Origin: Balanoglossus misakiensis
Taxonomy: Eukaryota; Animalia; Hemichordata
Reading direction: 5' to 3'
DNA length: 64,000 nt
NCBI GenBank assembly: GCA_040954595.2
Contig: CM082591.2
Location: forward strand, 10,309,309-10,373,308
The notes under the pieces were generated by a model. The model was not told the DNA's origin, did no database searches, and saw only the letters and a program-made list of their open reading frames with translations. Below, in pieces: positions 45,301 to 57,969 of the stretch. Positions within the stretch are counted from its first letter, which is position 1. Each line of letters begins with the position of its first letter. The translations under genes and the position numbers were made by a program.

Positions 45301-47665
45301 TTGCCAAATGAGTTTTTCCCCCTCTCTCCCTTTTTTCAGGAAGACGGGTACATAAGTGTGCAAATCAAAAGTCCGTCGATGTTCGCGGCAGTATGGCGAC
45401 GTAATGAGAAGCGCATAACAAGAGTTGTTGGTGAAGAGGGGGTAGAATTCCATAACACGGGCAACTCGCACCATCTTACAATTCCCCCAGGGGCACTGAC
45501 AGACAAAGTGGAATTGGTGGGCCAGGTAAGGACTCGGGCCGGGAACGAATCATACGGAGATAGAAAATTAATTGAGTGTCCTCTTTTTGACTGTGGCGTT
45601 CCAATATATCATAACCTTTCGTCCTTCCTTTCGCTATATGCGACTGTTAATAAACATTACTCTGCGCGATATTTTGCTAAATACATGTTTGTTATTTGTT
45701 CACAAGTTACGTCAAACATTCAATTAGCCAACCACTCAGAATGTACAGTCATTGCGCTCGTCATATCAACACTAATTATTTCCATACGTTACAATCCAAC
45801 CAGGGCATGCACAGAACAGCATACATTTCTTCATTCTTGCAAGCTTAACAAATCAATACATGTGTTTCTACCTCAGATCCTTCACAAACAGTCGGTGTTG
45901 CCCGGTTCGAAAATCACGTTCGGTGGTTTCATTCTGATCGACAAAACAAAACGCAATTATTGTCTGAGAAAACCAGTGATTGTCCAGATGTCTCCCCCCC
46001 CTACGCTCCCCCAGCGGACAAAACTCAGAGGCGGCAAAGAAGTACCAGACCGGCCACAGCTAAGATGCTTCGTAAGCGACGATTATAAGGACCCGGACAC
46101 GTGGGATGACGTCACAGATGAGGTGTCGTTTGAGCGCCGCGGCGAAACCACTGTCAGGTTTACGGCTGCATATTTGGGAAGGTATGCATGGTGGGCATTG
46201 GAGACAGTTGATAGGTTGAATCATTGAGCATTTTGAGGTATTATATATATTGTGAAAAAAGGGAATATATTGGTGGGGGTGTTAATAACGGTCCGAGCAT
46301 GCAACCGGTTAATGAGCGTGTTTCAGTGAGTCGAAAAACATAACGGCCTGTCAAAAGAATCTAAAATATAGAAAATAATGCAAAAAGTTAGCGATTTTCG
46401 TTCTTTCAAGATCAGCATACTTTTTTTCTCGATAGCTACACAGTTGTCTCCAGGTATAAGGGACGCAGCACGCACAAGGTGAAGAAGTCCATTGCTGACG
46501 AAATTCAATCGCCGGTGGGCAGACAGCGTGTCGTCGGCGTGGTCTTGTTACAACACGCGGAAGACCCCCGGGCGTTACTGATCGACATCGTCAAGAAGAC
46601 GAATCTGGCGGTCTCCAGGGAGTACTGGGAGGGCAAAGGTTACCACAACACCATCGTCTGCAGCGGCGACATCGTGGTCAGAAATGGCGAGCGCATCGCC
46701 GTGGGGTCGGGAAAGGATGTCCTCAAAGTGGTGGCTTTGAAGTTGACGACCTTCTACCCCAACAAGAGCAACTTCGTGGTGGCTTACGTCGCGGAGAGCT
46801 CAGAACAAGACGCCGAAGAAGACGAGAGCGGTCTCGTACGGGTTCGGTTGGGAGTTAAGCTGGTGGAGCTCAAATTCACGGTTTCGAAGGTGTGTGAGGG
46901 TCACGGTTTTCGGAGAAGACACTTTAATTGTTGGGGTAAATTAAAGATTTCTACTCTGTCAACACTGAAAGGGACAGATATCCCCGTCTTTGCAGCATGA
47001 ATGTGAGTTTATGAGTAAAAAAAACCCACATCGAAATGATATAAATTCACGCCAGTCGGCGTTCCGGGTTGACCGGTTTTGTATTTTCCGCTCTTTGAAA
47101 AGAATTCCTCTTTTCCCCCAGAAAACTTCAAAGCCTGCAGCACACGTGAGTACGACAAAATCAGGTGAGTTTTCTTTCTGTGTCTCTGTCTTAACCGCTT
47201 TTATTGCTCCTCTACCGTTTAAGTGTGTCTCCTAGGCCTAATCCTTTTTGTTGTTATTCTGCTAAATGAATCAAGCCGAATCGTTCCGGCGTTCGGCTTA
47301 GACTATAGCTGGATATCAGGTGAGACGCCCATACCTTCCGGAGTCTAACATTTTTCGTAACTGATACTAACTGCAATCTGTTGCTTGTAGGCATGCGCGC
47401 TAAGTTTGAGACGCTGTCGACGAAAGTGCAAGGAAACCAATGGAAACCGTTGGCAAGGGCTCTGGGTTTGGGAGAGCACGATATACAGCGGTTGACATAC
47501 ACCTATGGTGCCTTACCTGAGCGGGTCTACCAGATGCTGTCGCTATGGGAACAACAATTCAAAGGTGACGCGTCGAAGGCTGCTCTTGCTTCAGCGCTGA
47601 GAGATGAGAACATGGAAGAATTGGCCACATTTATTGAGAAATCGCAATTTTGTGCCCTCATTTAA
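41448..47665 (+). CDS. PIDD-like LRR-ZU5-ZU5-UPA-Death domain gene; LRR exon disrupted, 5' end apparently missing
   Basis: Phase-consistent GT-AG exons 41448-42386, 42482-42564, 44180-44467, 45340-45525, 45877-46181, 46454-46889, 47122-47164, 47391-47665; domain order and motifs resemble PIDD1. Confidence 0.82.
42593..43084. repeat. Compound (TATG)n/(TG)n/(TGCG)n microsatellite, continuing at 44061-44088
   Basis: Direct reading; hosts two insertions. Confidence 0.95.
42810..42899. repeat. Mini foldback with perfect 27-bp arms inside the microsatellite
   Basis: AGGAGGGTAGTAGGAGAAACGGAAGGC ... GCCTTCCGTTTCTCCTACTACCCTCCT. Confidence 0.85.
43085..44055. mobile_element. Non-autonomous TIR element with CAG ends (Tc1/mariner-like), 971 bp
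   Basis: Perfect 28-bp TIR CAGTCTGGTCGCAGGGAGGGTAATTAAG; TA on the left, TT on the right; (TATG)n on both sides. Confidence 0.85.
44180..44467 (+). CDS. ZU5-1 exon of the PIDD-like gene
   Basis: LPSNFYLEVPTSAV...LVSDVIDVSPHSVAFEKTLTLGI...NGKWEELQT; 288 nt, phase 0-0. Confidence 0.85.
44705..45265. repeat. Intronic foldback repeat (one tandem plus one inverted ~150-bp unit) with CTCF-consensus matches
   Basis: 44839-44988 is the reverse complement of ~45091-45242; 44710-44830 is a further direct copy. Confidence 0.85.
45340..46181 (+). CDS. ZU5-1 end and ZU5-2 exons (45340-45525, 45877-46181)
   Basis: HLTIPPGAL..VELVGQ and KPVIVQMSPPP..WDDVTDEV ZU5-type motifs; canonical splice sites. Confidence 0.8.
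46454..46889 (+). CDS. UPA-like exon of the PIDD-like gene
   Basis: VVLLQHAEDPRALLIDIV...TFYPNKSNFVVAYV resembles the PIDD1 UPA region. Confidence 0.75.
47391..47665 (+). CDS. Death domain terminal exon
   Basis: QWKPLARALGLGEHDIQRL...ERVYQMLSLWEQ...ALASALRDENMEELA; stop at 47663-47665; AATAAA signals downstream (47692, 47747, 47763). Confidence 0.92.
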
Positions 47666-48039
47666 AAATGCGTGTCAATGTGTTACCTCGAAATAAAACG
47701 TCGTCTGATCATGTTGAAATTAATAATGATGATACTATGACTTCTAATAAATTAATCTATGGAATAAAAATGGGGGGTCAACCATCTAGATTTTTGGAAA
47801 ACGCGCCATCTATGTAGCATCTCTTTCAGCTTTTGCCAGTGTTCGTAGATCTTTGTAACAAACACTGGAAATAAAATTTAGCTTTATACACTGTGCGCAG
47901 AAACAAGCGCAAACAACTAAGATGAGAGAGGCGCGTAACATCAGCTCCGAAGTCCAATTTGCTGCTGAGACGTTCAGTTGTTTACTAGATTTATTTTCAG
48001 TTGGATATGTTCACATGCGGAAACGCCAAAGTACGCATT

Positions 48040-48072
<33 letters not shown>

Positions 48073-48144
48073 CAAAATATCGTTTCATCCTGTCCATAAT
48101 CTTACAAATTTACCTACTTTAAAACTTGTTCTGATTCCAGTTAA

Positions 48145-48291
48145 AGGTATACGGTCACCTATGCAAATAAAGCTACAGTTACCATGACACATTGAGATCT
48201 AGCCAATCACAGATGTTCAGTGGGTGTCACACTCAAATACGCCATTTCTGACATATATGGGCGTATTTAAATTGCAGGTGACCGTATACCT
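48145..48291. mobile_element. Kolobok-like MITE, 147 bp
   Basis: TTAA|AGGTATACGGTCACCT...AGGTGACCGTATACCT|TTAA, perfect 16-bp TIR. Confidence 0.92.
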
Positions 48292-48470
48292 TTAATAGTC
48301 TTGTCGAAAAATGAAGAAAATATAGAGTATAGCTTTCGTCTGTACATAAACATAAATCTCAACAACATTTATTTTACTTTTGATTTTTCCGGCCGCATTT
48401 TGTCCCGTGTATCAAATATATATTTCTCCTTCCTCTCCCGGAAGAATGGCCTAGTATTGTTAATATAGAA

Positions 48471-48640
48471 ATAATGGACGACGTCCTGATCATTAACGTT
48501 TGTTTATGGGCAAGGGCGAGGGGAAAGCCAAAAATGCATGGGCGAGGCTTCCGAGCCCATGAATTTTGGCTTTCCTCGCTCGAGCCTGCGCCCATAAATA
48601 AACGTTAATGGTCAGGGCGGAGTCGGTTATTTCCATTATA
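48471..48640. repeat. Imperfect palindrome with asymmetric CGAGGCTTCCGAG core
   Basis: CATTAACGTTTGTTTATGGGC..AAAGCCAAAA..CATGGGC paired with GCCCATG..TTTTGGCTTT..GCCCATAAATAAACGTTAATG. Confidence 0.75.
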
Positions 48641-49755
48641 TTACCAGCGAAGTCGAGAAAACCGTCAAAATTTACGAAAATGTCCCACTAGGGGCCCCGG
48701 AACTTGTGTTATGCAACATGTTGTATTCACTGAACTGTTTGCTAATATTACTATTCAGTTTTACGGGCATGTAAACAAACCATTACTGAGTATTTGTGGT
48801 CAGTGACGTCGTTCATCTCGACCAATTAAAATGCGGCACACAGGCCATGGTAATATAATGCTTTGCAATATATGTACAAGGGGAAACATTTTATGTGTAA
48901 TTGTACAAAACACCGAATATCTTCGATAATAAATGAAAAATTTAAGTGTACCCCGTAGTGTTTGACGTTAATGAACTTTTAATGTACAATACTCGAGATG
49001 TATCACGACATATCAAGCAATTATGTCCCATAACTGTTTTCAATATTGACATGGCAGACTAGATCGGTTCACATTTCATGTAGTGGTTTAAGTGGTGGTC
49101 TGCGTTTTCTACTACATGTTTTGTCACACTGCGACAAAGAATGGTTAAAAACAGGAGAAGTCAGTCACGGATATTGAGTTTGACCTGTAAGAAAGTTCAC
49201 CAAGTGTTTGTCCTCTTGCTCGACTAGTGCAGCGCTACAAAACACTCAAAATCTCAATGAATTATTCTTCATATCAACTTTGCTCTGTACCAAATTTATG
49301 ATTCGAGACTGCTGCCATTGTGTAGGCAACATGTGTTTATGGCCTCGCTTGGACAGATTCTCATTTGGTTCCGCCCACATATCTGAATATTATAGAAACA
49401 CGTCATGAATATTAAACAAGAAAAACGTACAAAAAATCTGAGGTCTGCACGACTGGAAACAGGAATTTAAATAGGTTTCTTTTAGCTTCGAGAACTCAGA
49501 TAAACACGTATATATACATTGTTATAGTCCTTCAAAGTTACAATATTACAGATCGCCCTCAGGTTTACGGACAACACACAGTTGGACCTTTCGTCACGTG
49601 GTAACCACTCCAAAGTCTCCCTTGAGAGCAGTTCGGTAAGTAGACACACTGTTGCTTTGGACTGCGGTCAATTTTAGTCACTTAAACTTGGGGTGTGCCC
49701 TCCAAAATCAAAGGGTCGAAAATGTCAGATACATATCACTGTTGGTCTAGGTAGC

Positions 49756-50275
49756 AGCTAGCTGTGGTACGCAGCTATTTCGTTGGGGGGGGGGGGTTGA
49801 TTACCCCCACGGACAGCTGCGGGCCAACCCCCATACTAATCGTGCAGTTGCACCGACACGACTGGTGTAGGAACATTAGAACAGCAACAGAAAACAAAGT
49901 GAGCGTAATTCAATAAAACGACCTATACAAGCCTGAGCTCTGATTATTTCTGGTCCCAAAAGTCATTTCGTGAAAAAACTCACTGGTCTGTTTTCGCATT
50001 TCAGCCGATTTTCCAAGGAGTGCTACCCGAGTACACGGAATAACACTCCCGCAGTGGACTTTGACCCTCACTCACTCCTGTTGTGTGAGTTCTCCATTAC
50101 ACTCCAGCGGGTTTATTGAACTGCGCTCACTTGTTGCCGTTCTAATGTTCCTACACCAGACGTGTCGTTGCAACTGCACTATTAGTAAGGCGGTTGTCCC
50201 GCAGCTGACCGTGGAGGTAATCAGCCACCCCCCCCCCCCCACACACACACAACGGTACAGCTGCGTTACCACATC
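49756..50275. mobile_element. Foldback/MITE with ~160-bp imperfect TIRs; a related end lies at ~61325-61372
   Basis: 49764-49918 is the inverted copy of 50111-50271. Confidence 0.75.
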
Positions 50276-50663
50276 CAGTCATGCCCGTATGCTGAGAATA
50301 CTGAAACAGACCCTTGAAGAACTCAAAATAAATAATCCTTTCGTGGATGAAGGTCCAAAGTAACAGTGAACATCAACATGATATTGAACATGTTACATGT
50401 TGAGAAATACGTTGCGATTAACAATAAGGCTTGCCTAAATACATTCAAGCCTCCTAGTGATATCGGTCACTTTTGGGTCACACTTCCGCATGTACGTTTG
50501 CCGTATAATCTACTGCATTCAAAGAAACCGATCGTTATTCTCAAGATCTGCAAGGGTCATCGGATTGTCCATACGTTCACTAGTTCCAATACTTTTTGTA
50601 GTGTACCACATTTGATTTATTCCTACAGAAAATATAGGGCCCACAGCACTTGAATTTAGATAC

Positions 50664-51005
50664 ATGGGTAACCAGCACACAACTAGCATCGCAAACGGGA
50701 CTGGCGAGCCCATCCAGGTCACACTGACAGACGCCAAACAAGATGTCAAGAGTCACGTGATTGCCAGCGGTAACTATGTCAACATCGCGACCCCTCCGGG
50801 CAAAAATACGATCTGTGTGAAAAGGCAAAATGGCTCTGAGCAGTGGGTCGATGAGGTTGCGGCCAGTCACACGGATGACTCGGACAACTGCAGTTACGTG
50901 GTCGAAAAGAAGGACGGCAAAATTATCTTTAGCAGAACTAAAGATGGAGAAATGTGGATGAAGGAGAGAGTCAATAGTTATGGAATTGGACGAGTGAATT
51001 ATTGA
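50664..51005 (+). CDS. Uncharacterised 113-aa protein with possible N-myristoylation start (MGNQHT)
   Basis: GC-richer than flanks, TACATGG start, CCTACAG acceptor at 50628 and candidate upstream donor GGTAAGT at ~49635; beta-strand-like sequence, no repeats. Confidence 0.7.
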   Translation: MGNQHTTSIANGTGEPIQVTLTDAKQDVKSHVIASGNYVNIATPPGKNTICVKRQNGSEQWVDEVAASHTDDSDNCSYVVEKKDGKIIFSRTKDGEMWMKERVNSYGIGRVNY

Positions 51006-51639
51006 ACAATAAGTTGCACCATGCCTTTAAACGCACAATCGCAACACAAAGGGCTTGTCGCGCACATGTCATGCATGTGTACAGTATTGCAGAAGACGCC
51101 TAACCTGTAATCATGTTGACGTGGTTTCGCGGAAGGGTTGGTGAATTACGCAAACTTTTTGCAATGCATTAAATACTTACGCATAGTCGGTCTGTTGGCC
51201 CGTCTTTTCATGGGTTGGTAGGTGTCATAAAATCACCTTAGCGCTTTCCAACAAGTTTTCTTATTTTTCGAATGTACAGTGCACGATTTGAATCAGCCGC
51301 CATATTTGACCTCTGACACGTGAGCAAAGGGCATGCTCTAGTGAAAGTTTCGGGTCGATATCCCTCCAAAAGTTCATGACCTGAAAAACAGTTCGTGACC
51401 TGAACTGAATTTATCACTAATAGAGTCGAGGCCCAGGGACGCTCGCGTAATGAGCACTTTAGTAGGGGAAATAGAATGTATCTCTATACTACATCTGCGA
51501 GTTTCCTCCGTGTAAGTGTGTATGTTTCTTTATTTGTTGTTATTGTTTCATATAATAATAAAAAAAAACATGATTGATATAAAAAGTCACATTGACTAAG
51601 ACTTTGAAAGCTAGCACCTTTTTTGACTAACTTTTGTTT

Positions 51640-52110
51640 TGACTTTTAGGCTGTAAAACGTAAGAACCTCGGCCACGTACATACATTCGTATTTAACAAC
51701 CTTGATGATATCGGCGAGATAAATTACGATAATTATTAATTAATAATGGGAATTTATCATTGCATCGACTAAAAATATGACTTTGTAAGGTAAAACATCG
51801 ACTATTTTCGACTTTTTAGGCTGTAAACGTAAGAACCTCGATTTTTGTTAATAACCTCGGCCACGTACCGGCCACGTATATAAATCCGTAATTAAGAACC
51901 TTGATGATATCGGCGAGATAAATTACGATAATTGTTAATTAATAATGGGAAATTATCATTGCATCGACTAAAAATATAACTTCGTAAGCTAGAACCTCGA
52001 GTATTTTCGACTTTTTGGGCTGTAAACGTAAGAACTTCGATTTTTGTCAAGAACCTCGGCCACGTGTATAAAATCGTATTTAAGAACATTGATGATATCA
52101 GAGAGATAAA
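51640..52110. repeat. ~170-200-bp imperfect tandem repeat, about 2.5 copies
   Basis: GACTTTTTAGGCTGTAAACGTAAGAACCTCG variants at ~51641, 51810 and 52009. Confidence 0.85.
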
Positions 52111-52773
52111 TTATATCGTTGCCCTACACGACAATGATAATTTATTATTTTGAAAGTTAAACTTTTATTTTTATAGACAATATCTTTTCCCAACAGCAAA
52201 CTTTAATTTTGGTGGCGGCAACTGTAATTTTGATCGACAAAACTTTTGATTTTGACAGTAAAACTTTAACTTTACTTATCACAAATTTTATTTTAGAGAA
52301 CCAAATTTATTTTTCGAAGGCAAATGTTATTTTTCCAAGAATAATATTTTAATAAAGATTTTTTTGTCCAAAATAAACATTAACAACTTCAGATAAAATT
52401 ATTTATACTACGTGGATTTTTTTTTTTTTGAAAAATAAATGTTTTAATTTTTAATGAAAAGGTTTACTTTGTAAAATAACAAATTATTTTTCCCAGGTGA
52501 AAATGTTTATTTTGTGGAGTTAAATTTTAATTTACATGGGGGCGCTCGTTCTATTGGTACTGACAAACTTTTTTATGGGGGCGCAATTCATGTTTCGGCG
52601 TGCGAATTTCTTTTACATGCATGACAAAATTTCAGAAAGCAAAATACTTCGCGTTTTCAAAACAGTTCCACCAATTCGTTGATAAATGCATTGCCACCGA
52701 TACCTGCCACGCCACTGTCATGTCTCCCAATAAGGGTGGAATGCGGTATCGTGTATCTGGTCGGAGTGTTGGT

Positions 52774-52840
<67 letters not shown>

Positions 52841-52843
52841 GAT
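52774..52843. repeat. (GAT)n microsatellite
   Basis: Direct reading. Confidence 0.95.
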
Positions 52844-53014
52844 CAGAAGAGACGGGAACACGTGTAGAGCCGTGAACATACAGGACAAGCCTGCAGTCCC
52901 GGCTGGACCAACCTAAGTCCAGAACTAAAGTCCGGGAGCTCCCTTGTAGAACTCAACTCTTACCACCCAAATGAAGAACTATGAAGTGTAATTCATGCCG
53001 AAATTAGCACCCAG

Positions 53015-53310
53015 ATTTTCGATGAGAGTATTCACTTTTCGATCAGAGCACCAAGCTTTTCGATGAGAGTATTCACTTTTCGATCAGAGCACTAAAGCCT
53101 TTCGATGAGAGTACCTCAGCTTTTCGATCAGAGCACCCTCTTTTCGATGAGAGTACCTCAGCTTTTTGATCAGAGCACCCTCTTTTCGATGAGAGTACCT
53201 CAGCTTTTCGAAAAGAGCGCCTAGCTTTTTGATCAGAGTTACCATCCTACTTTTCGATGAGAGCACCCGCTTTTCGATCAGAGCACCAAGCTTTTCGATG
53301 AGAGTATTCA
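53015..53310. repeat. Minisatellite of alternating ~19-22-bp TTTTCGAT(G/C)AGAG units
   Basis: About 14 copies of the core. Confidence 0.9.
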
Positions 53311-54945
53311 GGTCTACTGGGGTGGGCTTAGGGGGTCTTATAGCGGTGACCCGGAAGTTTAAAGTTTTGAAACTTTGACAGTGTGGACGCCCAATTTGTT
53401 TGCCGTCGCGTCGTGGACGTAGCCCAGTCATTTATTTTGCAAAGATCAACGTGAGTTCACTGCACAAAGTGGACCGTTGCCGACCCCCCCCCCCCCCCCC
53501 CATATCATCTCTTTCATCTTGTGTCCGGGGCCGCACTTGCGTTTGTGTGTCTCTGGGGACGCCAATAATGCATTTGCGTCTTTTTCTAATTAGAATATTT
53601 TGAATGGGTTAATTTAATGCTTACAAATTGATACATTTTAGGTCTGCTTTGACTGAAACGCGTCAAGTGTACATGTTGTTATGGAAGTTTATTTTAGAAC
53701 CGCTCGTGGCTTGAGTTTTGAGTGTTTTCTAAAAAAAGACATTTTTGGGACAAAAAGTGGCAAAAATGGCAATTTTGTTTTGATTGGGGTCAAAAAGACT
53801 GCTTTATGTTTTTATAGTCACTATTTTACACATATAATTGACTTTCCATATATCATCAGATCAATCAATATGAAGAGAACAGTGTGTTTTAAGTTTTGTC
53901 TAAAAATGACGTTTTTGGGCAAAAAATGGTCAAAAAGGCAATGTTGTCTCGTTTGGGGTCAGTCAGACTGCTTTTTTCGTAATATCAACCAAATTTTACA
54001 TAGAATAGGCATATCATTTGTCATCAGATCTTCGAATGTGACGAAACTGTGTGTTTTTAGTGTTTTCTAAAAATGACCTTTTTTGGTTTAAAACGTGCCA
54101 AAATGGCAATTTTGTCTTGGGTGGGGTCAATAAGACTGACTTTTTTGGAATCAGCACCATTTTTTACATAGAATGGACTTCACAAACCTTCCTTACCAAC
54201 AATTTTGTTCGAAGGCACTTATCTCCTAGGGTAATAACTTTTCATCATAGTCACTAGTTGGTAAGGGTACTTGGAAGTATGACGTAATGATGACGTAATT
54301 GATTATCGTATCATTTTTTTGCTATAATTAGATACTTTACTCAATCAGCTTTCTGTTGATACCAAACACATCACAGTTTTCATCAGTACAATTGCACAGA
54401 GACATGTTTTGCAAAACTTCACATTTATAGGTGAACAGAACACCATTTTCGTAAGGGTATTTTGACTTTTGACGTCACTATGATGTCATGATTTGTCATA
54501 TCACTCTTATTTTATAATTAATGGAAAGCTTGTTTATTAAGCTTTCTTTGATACCAAATACATCCCTGTTGTTCTAGGTATACGTTCAGAGAGACAGTAT
54601 TTTACAAGACTAATTTACCCCCTTACGTCAATTTATATGCACTTTTAAGGGTTTCCTGCATACGTTACCTAATATAATTTAGAAGCCAATAACTCGAAAA
54701 CGCCCCGGAGCCCAGATGGCAAACAAAGTGAATTTTACTCAGTATATGATAGGCTTTCACAAAAACATTGTCTCAAAAATTCCCCCGGGGGGGGGGGGGG
54801 AAGTAAACCTATACTGGCTCATGGTCTATGTGGTGTGAACTGAATTGAACGCGCTAAGGGCCATGACCTCGTTTGAACTCTCACGTTGAGTATTCAAAAA
54901 CGCAACCGGGGACAGACCACAAAAACAGCTGTTGTACCATCCTAA

Positions 54946-56058
54946 GGGACCGTTCAGTTTTTACGGCCGGGGGGGGGGGGGGGTGGCAAAATCCAGGGGG
55001 GGGGGGCACTTAAATTTTGAAGTCCAAAAGGGGGGGGGGTCATCTGTTTTTTTTAAACGTTTAGGGGGGGGGGTCACATACTTTTGCCACCGAACTTTTG
55101 GTTTTGAGTCCACAAAATTGCAGTTACGCGCCCTTTATTTTACAAAATGTTCTAATGTGGGAGGGGGACACTCCCTCCCACACCCACTCCCTTCATTCTC
55201 ATTTGTCTACTGTACCAGGGCAGAGTACTTGCCACCCCAATCCCACCGATGGTAATATTTAACAAAGTAAATACATAAGGGAGAATAATCGTTTAAACCA
55301 TTTCGCATAAATGATAGTTTCGTGCTGCATCTTCTATATACTAGAAGTTTTATAAATGATGTCATGACGAAGATGACGCCAAATCTTCTAACTTTGAGTG
55401 GAGTGGCAAAAATTAAAATTGGTCCTCCCAAACATTGAGATAATTTGCTTTTGAGTTCATAAAAATGCAACTTTGAGCTACATATTTTACAAAATGATCT
55501 TATGTGGGAGGGGGACACCCTAGGGCGGACTTCTTCCTACCCCACCCTCGATGCTTACTTTGAGTGTAGTGGCAAAATTAAAATTTTTCCCTCCTAACAT
55601 TGAGTTAATTTGCTTTTGAGTTCATTAAAATGCAACTTTGAGCACCGTATTTTACAAAATTTTCTTATGTAAAAGGGGCATACCCCCTCCCACGCCCACC
55701 CCCGCCACTTTTCTTGTTTTACCAATTCTAGCAACTATTGTATTGACTTGTCATTTTATTTTGTTCATAGATTTCTTTTTGGCAACGATATACAATTATG
55801 TACTTCAATTACTTTAAGAAATTTATAATTGAGGTGTGAGGAGCCTCATTCCCTATATTGTATACAGTGTACATAGGATCAGGACGGCGAATGTTTTCGG
55901 CGTGGGGGGGGGGGTCATCATATTTTTGGGTCTGTCAAAGGGGGGTCATCATGTTTTGGTGCTGGGTGAAGGGGGGGGGGGTCGGCCTGATTTTGAAAAC
56001 CGATGACACAAACTTGCCAGCCCCCCCCCCCCCCCAGCCGTAACAACTGAACGGTCCC
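54946..56058. mobile_element. PIF/Harbinger-type MITE, 1113 bp
   Basis: TAA|GGGACCGTTCAGTT...AACTGAACGGTCCC|TAA; subterminal G/C runs. Confidence 0.9.
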
Positions 56059-57969
56059 TAAATACTTAAAATTAACTTCGGCGAACTCCGGAGCTGACGT
56101 CGGGTTGGCAGTTTGTAAGGCAGCATTTAACGTGCTTAAAGTTTGTCTTTCCTGTCGGATCGGTTTCATTGCAAACATGTCAAGTATTAAAGGAAATGGC
56201 ATTCAGATACAGTATATTGTATCGATAGATGGAAGTCGAACCAATTATTCTATTACTTTACTGGTAAATAAACGTATGGCCAGATGCAGACCTTTTGAAT
56301 AACATTTTAATTTAGCGCCGCCAATTTTGAAAATAAGCGGATTGTCTATGTAAGCCCCTGTCCCCACCCTTTTTGGTAAAGCGCGTGGACCCGAGACTCC
56401 CGAGCGATTAGATATCCGGCCCGTCCTAACAAATAATGTACACAGTGTACGAACGGGCTCGTCCCGGCCAGCTGAGCACAGAGACACTGAAATTGGTCTT
56501 TCGTTGTAGAATGCGCCATCAGCGTTTAGTTCTGGCAAAAAATTGACTTCAAACACCCGAGACAGCTGATACCTGCATTCATTCACCTATTTGAACGTTC
56601 AGCGTCTTGTAAGCGGATCGGAAAAACAACATCAGAAATATGAGATTCTCCTGGTTAAAATGCAGAAGTGGTGTCAATCGTGACTGTAGTTCACGTTTAC
56701 GCCAAAAAACAACAACAAAATATTTTCTTCTGCGTTCGTTGAGGGCGTCACGTTGAAGCTAAGTCTGTCATATAACAAGAAATCAAATGAGGTGGTTTCC
56801 AGGTAAGTGGCCGACACAAACGAAAACAAATGGGATATTTACTCACATAGAATGCGCCCAAACTAAGTCAGCCCTGTGCCCTCTTAGCGTGTCCACATTG
56901 GTTTTTCTACACCGACCCAGACCCAACATTGGTGCTACGCAGCGAGTATGAGTATGGTGTGAACCCCCCCCCCCCAAGTGTTTTGCCCCATAGCATCACA
57001 TAACAAATATTTCAGCCTAACTTTATTAGTCGACCTGAAGAGGTAAAATCACATCAGTAAACTTTCTATGTGAATTGTGCAATATGCCTTGCTTTGAATC
57101 GCATAAAATACAAGTAAATGTTCTGTCTTGAGTTGGAAGCACAGCTGGTGGACAGCAATTTCCCTGAGCTTATTTTTCGCAGAGTTAAGAACTGGAATCA
57201 TGTGAAAAGTGGGCAAGACGAGTAGGGTAACATTGAGCCCCTAACGGAAACGATGCTTTTAAAATTTCGAACAAAGTAAGAACTTAACAAATGAATTTGG
57301 AATAAATTTATTCACTATATATGAACAATAATGAAGATTAATGTTACAACACTAGGCATTGACAGAGTCGAACTGTCCATGTGGAAACATTCTCCAAGAA
57401 CACCTCTTGTGGGTAAATTAATTTCATTATTTGTTCATATATAGTGTAGCTAAGTGTGGCTAGGTGGCTAACTGCTGATGTAATAAATCTTGCATACCCA
57501 TTTGAAACGTGTCATAGTATTCAAATTGAAATGATGAACAGAAATAATATCTGCTCATCATACTGATATAAAGTGCCAAAATAGTTTGTTGATGGTGCAC
57601 GCAATAGCTTTCGGCTTTATCCTGGAATTAATTATTATTATTTTTAAGTTAATTAAGTGCCTAATGGGTAAAAACCAAAAGCTTCTTGGTCCCATCTCTC
57701 CCCCATATAAGTTTTGTTCTTTTTTTATGCAAGATAATTACATTCTGTGTGATAATCTAACTTCGTTTACGCGCCTGAGGGACCGTGAAAAAACCTCGAG
57801 CCAAACATAAAATGAGGAAACACTGCCCTCTCCCCCATTGTTTGCTGCAAATATTAAAGGCTGGGGGCTCAAACTAACCCGAATCGTCTTGCTGGTTTTT
57901 CATTTTTTTATGAATTGCGATGAACGAGTGAATTGTGACGAGGGGCGAAGGAAACACGCACGCGAGTGT

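Noticed and set aside
45301-46227. 308-aa ORF as a single-exon gene
   Set aside because: Two ZU5 exons joined by an open intron with strong GTAAGG and CTCAG sites.
53084-53431. 115-aa ORF with LIEKL repeats
   Set aside because: Translation of the minisatellite.
56245-56586. 113-aa minus-strand ORF
   Set aside because: No recognisable motif or exon context; it lies in a GC-richer patch where open frames arise by chance.
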